Source: Blastocystis sp. Blastoise (Eukaryota; Protista; Bigyra: Opalinata). From it: DNA of 64,000 nucleotides. This document shows, in pieces, positions 1 through 13,859 of this stretch. The stretch's first letter is position 1. Each line of letters begins with the position of its first letter. Made by a program: the position numbers and the translations under genes. The stretch spans positions 124,001 through 188,000 of the forward strand of contig JBBPEB010000021.1 of NCBI GenBank assembly GCA_039096225.1, read 5' to 3'. The notes beneath the pieces are model-generated. The model saw only the letters and a program-made list of their open reading frames with translations. It did not search any database and had not been told where the DNA came from.

Positions 1-1284
1 TTGCTTTAACAAATATGTGTGAAGACAGCAAGGCATTAGCTGAAATGACAAGTGACGATTTGATAGAGAAACTCTTTGAAAACTTATTAGATAAAGAATA
101 TCCTCTTGTAGATATTACTTTGATGCTTCTTGCTAATTTATCAAGAGTATGTTGTGATTGTAGTTTTCGTTATTATGAATATATTTATTATATTTTAGAC
201 TGAAATTGGTGCTGGTGGTGTTTTAGGTTTACGAAAATTTGGAGGTAAATTAAAAGTATGTATATATGTGTATCTTTATTATTATTATTGATTTTTTTGT
301 TATTATTTTTTTTGTTATTATTATTATTATTATATATATAAAAGGTTTACATGTATATCGTTTATTGAATATGCTTATGAAGACGAAAACATTAGAACAG
401 AATAAAAATGTTTATTTAAATACTTATAATGAAAAAGAAGAAGAAGATAATTATAAATATATATTTATGATTCTTCAAAATATTTGTATTGTATGTAGTT
501 ATTATTATTATTTTATTTTTAAGTTAATTATTTATTTATTTTTTATTTATATATTATTATTATTATTATTAAATTAATTATTTATTTATTTTTTATTTAT
601 ATATTATTATTATTGTTTTTAAATTATTTATTTATTATTTTTTAATTATATTTTTATTATTATTATACTATATATATATGTATAGTTAGAAGAAGGTCGT
701 GCATTAATATGTGATATTAACCGTGATATTCTTCAAGATCTCCTTCTCTTCCTCTATCATCCTATATATACACGTAGACATGGCATAATTAGTATGCTTA
801 AAAATATAGCAAAAGATCCAAATTATAGATATATATTCTTAGATAAAGAATATATGGAGAAATATCATATTATTAATAGATTATTATATATACTTGAAGG
901 AAATATACCTTTTGAAGGAAATGTATTATGTTTTTTATATTTATTTATGCTTATTATATTTATGATTATTATGTTTATAATAATAATAATAATAATTATA
1001 TATATATATATATATATATAGGATATATGGAAAGTTGATTCTGAAGTTTATGAATCACTTGGAAAAAAAATAAGAGAACCTGTATATATATATTAATAAT
1101 AATTATATATATATATTAATAATAATAATAATAATAATAATAATTATTATTATTATTATATATAGAATGTAGAATTAATTCATACTATTTTAGAAATATT
1201 TACACTTTTATGTGAAAAACGTGATGGTAGAGATATATGCAGATATCAAGGTGTATATATCTGTGTCAGAAATATGCATGTATG

Positions 1285-1352
<68 letters not shown>

Positions 1353-1772
1353 TTATGATGAATTATTAAAAGAAGAATCTGTCGATCTTATTGATGAATT
1401 AGTAAATATATATATATATAATAATATAAATAACATAATAATAATAAACATAATATTTAACATAATAATAATAAACATAATAATAATAAACATAATAATA
1501 ACCATAATAATATATATATAGGTAAATTATTTAATGGGTGATGAAGAAGATATAGAGAATGAAGTCTTAATGAAAAAGATATATACAGAACGAGGTGTAT
1601 TTAGTCATACAGAACAAGAAAGACAGGCTATAGAACATTCTATCGAAATCGAAGAAATTGCTTGTATATATATATCTATATATATTTTTTTTTAAATCAA
1701 TAATAATTAGAATTTATATAATTATACTTATTTTCTATAGCTGACGATGATGATATGCCTGAATTAGAATAA
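1..1772 (+). CDS. HGH1: HGH1 (FAM203; DUF383/DUF384) eEF2 co-chaperone, 5'-partial, multi-exon
   Basis: Spliced exons give MLLANLSR, EGRALI...RRHGIISMLKNI, REPNVELIHTILEIFTLLCEKRDGRDICRYQGVYICVRNMH and LVNYLMGDEE, matching HGH1 conserved blocks. Stop TAA at 1770-1772 after SDDDDMPELE. Confidence 0.85.
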
Positions 1773-2406
1773 ATATATATTTTTTGAATAAAAATATATT
1801 ACAAATCGTTTTCTTTTGTATATTTTGGTGTTCATTTTAATTTTTAGTTTGGTTCCTATGGTTTCCATGATCACACAAACGTAATAAACATTTGAATACC
1901 ACAAAGAGATCATCTGCAACTAATTCTTTCCTTTTCTTACTCAACATATTCTAACAATAACATCAATGACTCTTGAAAATAATATAAAATATTACATATC
2001 ATAAGAGCAATTATCACAAATAATAATTAGGTTGATTTCACAATATATTTTTCATCATGATCATATAAAAATATCCAGATTATATTTATTCTTTCATATT
2101 CCAGTAAACTACACAATAGAAGAACATCAGGAACACATTATAATTGTTATAAACCATGAAAATCTTCTAAAAAGAAAAGAAAAACACAAAAAACCGCTCC
2201 TTTTCTATTCCCGCAGTTATATTGAGATAAGTAGTTTATTAAATTGAATAATCACAAATATACAAAAAAACAGAAAAGAGAAACTAATTTCCAGATCTTT
2301 TCTTCTGATTCTAAAAGATTTTCTTTATTTACTAATAAACCTATATTATCTATAATTTATTAGAATTATTATAAGTCTTAGTTATATATCTAGAATATAC
2401 ACAAAA

Positions 2407-3313
2407 ATGTCAAGCACTTTACCAAACTCTGCTGCTGCTAACCAAAAGAATTATGTCGTGTTTTATGGAGTTGAGCATCAACAAAAATTCATGATTTCTA
2501 CAGAGAAGCTACAACTATATCCTGATTGTTGGCTTCATAAAACCATGATGAAATGCGAAGATCCTTCACAATCTCAATTTGATACTGTTTACTCTGAAGA
2601 ATCCTTAGAGGTCATTGCTGATTATATAGATGGAAAGCCAATACATGTGGAGAACAAGTCTAAAAAGTCTTTACAACAAATTTTATCTGATTTTGATTTA
2701 TGTCAATTATCTGTACCTTATGAATTGAAAACTGCATTAAAGACTAATGATAACGCGCTTCAAACTGTAGATAAACAAAATAAGAATTATGAGAATTCAA
2801 ATGATAGTAGTAGAATAGATAGTTTAATGAAATCAGTAAATCAATTGACGACTGTGGTCCGTAATTTATTTGTTGATAATGAGAATTTGAAGAAAACTAT
2901 AATTGTTCTTGAAGATAAAGTTGTTGAATCTGAAAAACATGTGAATGAATTAAGAAAACTAATAGATCAAAATTCAAAACGTTCATTATTAGTAGAAGAA
3001 CAAGTGACAATCAATGAATTAGCTATTAAAGGATTATTAGAAAGATCTAATAAGAATAACGAGAATATTCATCATCAGTTAGATCTTATTCATCAAAATA
3101 TATATCAACAAAATTCATTAAATATATCTGAAAATATAATTCATGAAGAAGATGATAATGATATTAATAATGATAATGATAATAATGTGAAAACACCTAC
3201 TTCATTTCCTATATTAGATGATATATCTCCTTTACCTGAAATATTCTATAGTGATTTAGATGATGATGAAGAAGAAGAAGAAGAAGAAGAAGAAGAAGAA
3301 GATAATGATAATG

Positions 3314-3348
<35 letters not shown>

Positions 3349-4451
3349 GATAATAATAATGATAATAATGTAGCTGTTTATCATGATTTGGATGGTATAA
3401 AAAAGTCACCAAAACAGTCGATTACTGAGTCGTTAAGTTTATCAAATAGTAAGATATTGAAAGGAAATACTATATATATTAATTCTATACATAACTGGTT
3501 TGATTACTCAACTCAATGGAAATTACTTTATAGGTATGTTTTACTAGTCTCTTCAATAAATATATGTTTTTTATATTTCATAAATTCAATATATAAAAAT
3601 ATATATATTTTTTTAAATATTCCTATTGATGAAAAAAACATGTTTTATTGTATAAAATGATATTTTTAATATGTATGCTATATTATAAAAAAAATGATAT
3701 ACCATTATGTTAGTATATGTTATATATATATATATATATATAGAGGATCTCGAGATGGTTTTACAAGTTTAGCTTTTCATAAATTATGTGATAACCACGG
3801 GGAAACACTGACTTTGATTGCACATCAAGGACATGATGATATTATGAATATATTTGGAGGATATACAAGTCAAAAATGGGATAGTTCTGCTACTGGTAGT
3901 ATATATATAATAGATATTCATATTATTAGTCAATCTCTTCTATTTTATATATAATATTTTAGATATCATATTAGAAAATGTAATTAAAAATAAATTTATA
4001 ATAATATAATTAATATATAATAATAATTATAATAATAATAAACATAATAATAATAATAATAACTAATAATAATAATAAACATAATAAATTTATGATAAAT
4101 ATAATAAATATATAATAATAAACATAATATATAGTATCTCTTCGTGACCCGACTGCCTTTGTATTTACATTAAATAATGAACATAATATTTCTCCTACTC
4201 AATATAGTATTATTGATATAGATCATGCTATATATTTAAATACACAATCTGGACCTTGTTTTGGAGAAAGAGGAAATACTATATATATATCGGATAACTG
4301 TAATACTTCTTATGAAAATTATACTTGTTGTACTGGATATACTAGTGAAAATATGATTCAAAACCATTCACTTTTTGTGAATACAGATATTGATATAGTT
4401 GCTAATTATTTCTATGTTGATGATATTGAAGTTTATGAACAATTAAAGTAA
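2407..4451 (+). CDS. BTB/T1-like N-terminus + coiled coil + acidic tract + TLDc domain protein (3 exons)
   Basis: N-terminal YVVFYGVEHQQKFMISTEKLQLYPDCWL...VIADYIDG is BTB-like. Spliced TLDc motifs: WKLLYR|GSRDGFTSLAFHKLCDNHGETLTLI, IFGGYT, AFVFTL, GPCFG, DIEVY. Stop at 4449-4451. Confidence 0.85.
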
Positions 4452-5374
4452 ATTCATTATTATTTAATTATAATATATCTATATATTGTTATTCTTATAA
4501 TGAAATGGAATACTATTCTTTATGATATTTATTTATACTATACTTTATATCTTCAATTTTCTTGCTTTGCGTCATCTTTATTCATTATTATAATTATTAC
4601 TATTTTATTCATTATAGATATATATTTTATTTATAGTCTAGAAGTCATTCACTATTTATTTCTATTATTGTTCTTTATTCTTTTTTTCTAAACATTTATT
4701 TTCTTAGTTCTTTTTTTATGTTATTTCATTACTCATAGCTGCTATTTCTATTTTTCTTTTTTATAGTTTATTAGATTTATTATGTGTTTTAGTTTTTTTT
4801 TTTAATGAATATTTTTCCTTGTAATATTTATGTAATTATTATTCACTGAACAACGCAGAAATAAACTATAAACAAGTAATTACTATAAAAATGATTATAT
4901 ATTTACATTTCTTTTTTCAGAAAGCATTCTAGATAGAGTATTTAATGTTCAGAGTATATTTATAACCTATTATATATGTATTAAAGTATAACGATTCACA
5001 ATTTATAAAAATATATCCAGTTACATCGAAATAAACACTCTGATTACTTATATTTATTTTTTCATATAACATTTTGATACTAATCAAAAAGAAAGTAAAC
5101 AAATATATACATAATAATATCATTAATTGTAAATAATCATATCTAAAATCTTTCATAATACCAATATACCATTCATATATAATCTCAGATATAAATAGAT
5201 ATTAAAAATCTTTAAATATATAATCATAACAAAGTTGCATGCAAAAAAAGTATTAAAAACAAAATCACGATTTTATTTTTTCTACGGACAGAATGTTTAA
5301 AAAAGAATGATTATTGTATTATAGTATTCAATAGCTTCTATATTCTTTTTTTTGTTAGAAGAACACAAGTTTGA

Positions 5375-7855
<2,481 letters not shown>

Positions 7856-8080
7856 AAATATTTTAGTTAATTTTATTATTTATTTTCAATTGGGGATATT
7901 CATATATATATATAATTTTTAAAGTGTTTTTTTGTTGTTATATATATATGTTCAATTATAAGAATAAAACAATATAAATATAAATAATTACAAAAAAAAT
8001 ATGAAACAAGACTATCGTTCAAAGATAACAATTCTTTATTAATTTATAGATTTTTCACGTAATAATACAGTTGTTTGGAT

Positions 8081-8422
8081 TTATAATCTAAATATATTAG
8101 TATATAATAGTATATAATAATATTTAATATATACTTTTCTTGAGGAAGTTGATATTGTTTAATAAAATGATTTTGTTCTTCTTTTGTTAAAACACGTGTT
8201 TTTGAAATACCTTTTTCATGCATATATATATTATCTGTATATATAATAGAATTTTGTGTACTTAAATAGATTTCTAATACTCTCTATAAATATAGAGTAT
8301 CATAGTATATATGGAGAATAATATAATATATATATATTATACTTTATATATAGAATCTTTATATATATTTAAAGAAGGACATAAATGATCCAAAGAAGCA
8401 GATATTTCTATATACATACATT

Positions 8423-8459
<37 letters not shown>

Positions 8460-8989
8460 TATATATATATACTTTGTAAATATAAATATTCTCTTCCTTT
8501 ATAAGCACGTTTATATAAATTAATTAAACTCTGAATCGATATACGATATGCAAATGCCCACTATAAATAATCACGGGAATTTATATATATTTATAAAAAA
8601 ATAGTTAAATATATATTTAAATAAATATATATACTTTTTTAGCTTCTTCACAATTACAAATATCCGTGATTATATCACGTAATTCAGGCAATATTTTATT
8701 TCTATTCAAATCTTCAAAAATACACAAGTTGTTACATCCAGTTAGTGTTTCTACTACTGTTTGTGTAAAAGACACAGCTGCGGGTAACGACGCAGATTGT
8801 TCTTTATATTTTTCTTTCACTTCTTCTCCATATACTTGTTCCATATATCGACATATATCTATACATTCCTGTAACTCTGTATCTAATTCCTATATATATA
8901 TATATATATATATATAATAAATAATTACTAAGTATATAGATATAATAAATAAATAAATATACACTACAATCAATATATATATATTATAA

Positions 8990-9024
<35 letters not shown>

Positions 9025-9613
9025 ACTTTATTTTCTTGTTGTTCAACTTCAAAGAATCGTGTGGGTCTATATATATCTGTAATCTTATTGGTCTGTTTAT
9101 CACGAATGTAACGGTGACCATTCGTTTCGAAACCACGATCTATAAGCACGTGCAAATCTAAACACTCACAAAGCTCAAATAAATTCATAGAAGGTTCAAT
9201 ACTTTTGTCATATATATATTCACTAAATGCCGTTAACTTTTCTGACGCGTCACGTGAAGAATTTAATGATTCTAAATTCCTAAATGCTTGCTTTTCCAAA
9301 ATATTCACGGGAATTTGTATACCAAGAAAAGAATCAATTAAATGCATATCAGAAGCCATTTTCACTAGTTTATAAAGATTAATATTATTATTAGTTTTTA
9401 TCTTTGAACCTTGAGGCATATTTGTATATATATAATCATTATTAATATCTATAGAATTACTACCTATATAATAACCGCGAATATGTCCTTCATGGATCTC
9501 TCTTTGTATATAGGAGAGAACCATACAAAGTTGCGAGTCAGTAATAAAAGGAGGCATTTGAAGAGTCACCTATAAATAACCGCGGGAATATTATATATTG
9601 AAAAAAAAAAAAA

Positions 9614-9668
<55 letters not shown>

Positions 9669-10466
9669 TATACACTATCTAATGTAGTCACTTTGTAGCT
9701 ATTAATAAGTATATTAATTTGACGTTGAATATCTTTTGGAGAATAAGGATTCCCTTGGGAATCATGAGTAAATATCTATATATATAATATTTATAATATT
9801 AATTAAAAAACAATATATATATATAATATTATTAATGAATACACAATATATATACTCTTCCTTGAATAATAAGTGCTTCTCGTTTAATATTATTAGTATA
9901 TAAAATACTATTAAGTATACTAGACACTTCATTATATCCTGCAGGATTACTATTTATATAAATAGAAACAAGACAACAAATATATTTATATATATATTTA
10001 CGTATCAAAATTTTCTTTGAGATGTTTTTCACGGACGTCCATCTAATGAATAGGCAAATAAATGATTATATACATAATTCTATGCTTTAAAGATTATGAA
10101 AAATATATACTTGAATCACATTACAGCCAGTATTAACAGCTCTTTGCATGACACCACTCCAATTATCTTCAAATAATCGTACATTTCCACTTCCATAGCC
10201 AAGCGAACTTGCTGTTAATGCTTGCCTATATATATTTTTTTATTTATTAACATGAATAAAGCATATTGAAATAAAATAATAAAATAAATAATAATTAAAC
10301 CGTACTTTCGAATAATAGAAGTTGGACGATCTTCACAGAATTGATTGCAGAACTGTTGAGTTTCCTGAGGAGTAGCAAAACCTTCGATTATTTGGAATTC
10401 TTCTGAAAAAGAACGTAGAAATACATTTCTTTTCATGAATTGTTTTTGAATTGACCTTAGCAACAT
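8081..10466 (-). CDS. Aldo-keto-reductase-fold protein with degenerate catalytic motifs and a putative mitochondrial/MRO presequence
   Basis: N-terminus MLLRSIQKQFMKRNVFLRSFS is Arg-rich and acid-free. EGFATPQET, ASSLGYGS, RAVNTGCNVIQ, REALIIQGR, LDSVTLQMP, EGHIRGYYIGSN and IQIPVNILE fall in AKR motif order. Confidence 0.6.
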
Positions 10467-10660
10467 GAATCAATATTAATTTGAAAGAATTCAAAAGGAA
10501 CTAGAAAGTTATTCATGAAAGAAAGAATAATAATGTCTCAAATGTTAGAATCTTGAATTTCTATAAAGAAATACCAATATTTATAAAATTTCCCAAGAAA
10601 CTTATTTATGGTATAAAAAATTTATTGTTTCATTTTTTTTTGTCATTGTTCTCATTCAAA

Positions 10661-12054
10661 ATGCCTAGTGAAGAAAAGAAAACAAAAAATATCAACACAT
10701 CGAATCGTGAAGACAAAGATTCATCAAAGAAATCTGAAAATGAAACAAAAACAAATGATCAAACTCCTGTTACCAGTAGAAAATTAAAAGATAGACGCGA
10801 AAAGAAACCAGCGATAACAGAGGAAGATATAAAGAAAGCCACAGAAAAAATGAGTGAATATATTCCCAAAAAACGTGAATACAAATCATTTAAAGTAAGT
10901 TTATAGGATAATTGAATATTGATATTTGTATGATCAGTGTATTTTTTATGTATTAAAACTATTTATATATTGAATATTATATATCTAGGTGAATAAGAAA
11001 TTATATTCTTTGGATAAACGTTCTAAGAAAGAAGCAAAATTAACAAAGAATGCTATTAAAGAAACTAATATGTTATTACCTGAAGAAGGTGGCTATTTAG
11101 AAGCTGAAGGAGTAGAAAAAACAGGAAATTTTTCACAAAAGAAATTAAAAAAAGAAGTTGATATTTCTGTTCAAAAACGAATGTTTAATTTAGAATTAAC
11201 TCAATTTGGTCCTTACATATGTACTTACAATCGTGAAGGAAGTACAATGCTTATTGCTGGACGCAAAGGACATTTAGCTATGGTATATTATTTATATGTT
11301 TTTTTTTTGTATCTATTATTATTATTATTATTATTTTGTGTTTGTTATTGTTATTATTTATATTTTTTTTGTTATTATAATTTTTTTTTTGTGTTTGTTA
11401 TTTATTTATTTTTATTATTCTTTGTATAATAATTAATAATATATATCTTTTTTTATTATTTTAAAAATATTCTTTCTTATTTTATTATATATATATACAG
11501 ATCAATGCTCATACTCATAAATTAGTAAGTGAAATTAATGTAAAACAATCCATTCGTGATATTACCTTCTTATGTGATGATATGTATGCCGTTGCTCAAA
11601 AGAAGTATATATATTATTATTATTATTATTAATTTTTTCTATTATATATATTATTTATTATTATTATTATTATATATATTATTTATTACTATTGTAAATA
11701 TTATGAATATTATTATATAAAGTAAATAATATAAAGTATATTCTTTAGTACATAAATTGATTCTATAACAATTATTTATATAATAATAATAATAATATTA
11801 GACATATATATATAGATATTTATATGTATATGACTCTAAAGGTACTGAGTTACATTGTTTACGTCAATTTGATACTCCTGAATATATGACCTATTTACCT
11901 TATCATTTCTTATTATGTAATACCAGTAGAGGAGGGCAAATTGCATGGCAAGATATTTCCACGGGTATATATATATATATAGATATATATATATATATAT
12001 TTATTTATTATTATTATTATTATTATTTTTATTATTTTTATTATCATTATTTTA

Positions 12055-12092
<38 letters not shown>

Positions 12093-12434
12093 AGAAGTAG
12101 TAGCTGATTATAAGCCTAAGTTTGGTATAAGTAGCAGTATATGTCATAACCCTCAAAATGCAGTTGTTCATGTAGGATTTAAAAATGGAGAAGTTTCTCT
12201 GTTTTCTCCTAACCAATCAAAATTCTTGGTTCGTATGATGTGTCATCAGGGATCTGTAACGGACGTTAAAGTTGATTTAACAGGAAAATATATGGTAACC
12301 GCGGGAATGGATCAAACAATGAAAGTATATATATATATATATATATTTATTTATTTATTATTATTATTATTATATATATAGATATGGGATTTACGTACTT
12401 ATCAGTGTTTATATAAATATAGAACAGATGCTAT

Positions 12435-12504
<70 letters not shown>

Positions 12505-12691
12505 CTATTGATATATCTCAACGTGGTCTCGTGGCATGTTCTATGCACGGAAATGTTAAAATATGGAAAAATTTATTTACAACAAGACAAAAAGATGTAT
12601 ATATGAGAGAATTATATCCAGAAGTGGATCGTGTTGCATTTCGTCCGTTTCAAGATCAACTGCTTATTGGACATTCTAATGGCGTTTCTAG

Positions 12692-12733
<42 letters not shown>

Positions 12734-12991
12734 GAATAAACATATAATAATATATATAATAATAATAATAATAATGAATAAACATATAATAATATATAAT
12801 AATATATAATAATATATATATATATATATAGTATGATAGTTCCAGGTGCAGGTGAAGCTAATGTTGATACTATGGAATTAAATATATATAATAATTTCAC
12901 TAGAAAACAAAGAAGAGAAAATTTTGTACAAAAACTTTTGGACAAATTACCGTGGGATTCTATTGTTTTAGATCCAAATTCTTTATTCTAA
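10661..12991 (+). CDS. UTP7: U3 snoRNA-associated protein UTP7 / WDR46 (WD40 + BING4CT)
   Basis: Motifs LPEEGGYLEAEGVEKT, FGPY...GRKGHLA, AVAQKK, GTELHCL, YLPYHFLL, NPQNAVVHVG, VPGAGEANVD and LLDKLPWDSIVLDP. Confidence 0.95.
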
Positions 12992-13859
12992 ATGTTATAT
13001 ATATTTTTATATATATATTTATATATGTAATTTTTTTTATTATTTTAATTTTTTTATATTTGTTGTTTTTTTTTGGTGTTTCAAAAATTTTGTTTATTTT
13101 ACTTTATGAATACCTTTGTTTTGTATCTATTAAAATGGTATCATGAATTATAAGCAGAATCTTCTTTCCTTTTTATGATAGTTGTTATAGGACTAAATAA
13201 TTATCATTTTCACCTAAACATAACTAAATTAAATTAAAAGAATAAAAAATTTAAGTCTCAAAAATAAAAGTTGTTTTCACAAATGTCGGTGACAGTTGCC
13301 ATATGGTAATTTCAGCCAGTTATATATAAAGAGACTATTCAAGGAATTAGAAATATATATATTTTTTTAAGAAATAAAAATTTTTGAAACACAAAAAATT
13401 TAATATATATAACAATAAATAAATAATTATAATGGTATATAAAAGTAAATTATAAAATTATAATATAAAGTCATGATTATATATGTTAAAAGTATATCAA
13501 ATTATAAAGTAAAATGAATTATATAAATAAGTATAACCATATATATCGAAAAGAATATTAAAAAAGTAAATAATTATGAACAAAAGCAAATAGTATAATA
13601 TTTCAAGAATAAGTAACTAAGAAAAAAAGATTTAAAAATGTCGATTTAAAACACATTATAAAGAAAAAATAGAAAAAATGAAAAAGAAATAAAAATAAAA
13701 TGTCGATTTAAAACAAAGTATGAACAAAAATAGAAAAAATGAAAAATAAATTCAAGTTAAATGAAAAATAGAATCAACATATATGAAGGAAAATATTATA
13801 ATAAATTATTTAAAAAAATATATATATAAAAAAAAGAATAGATTTCAAATCATATATTC

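Noticed and set aside
246-345. A second apparent GT-AA intron in HGH1 (AAA|GTATGT...AAAA|GGT)
   Set aside because: A fully canonical in-frame solution exists (GGA G|GTAAAT...AAAG|GT), so no unusual splicing is required.
13636-13750. ~62-bp imperfect tandem duplication (ATGTCGATTTAAAACA...AAAAATAGAAAAAATGAAAAA x2)
   Set aside because: Simple local duplication downstream of the TLDc gene with no further structure.
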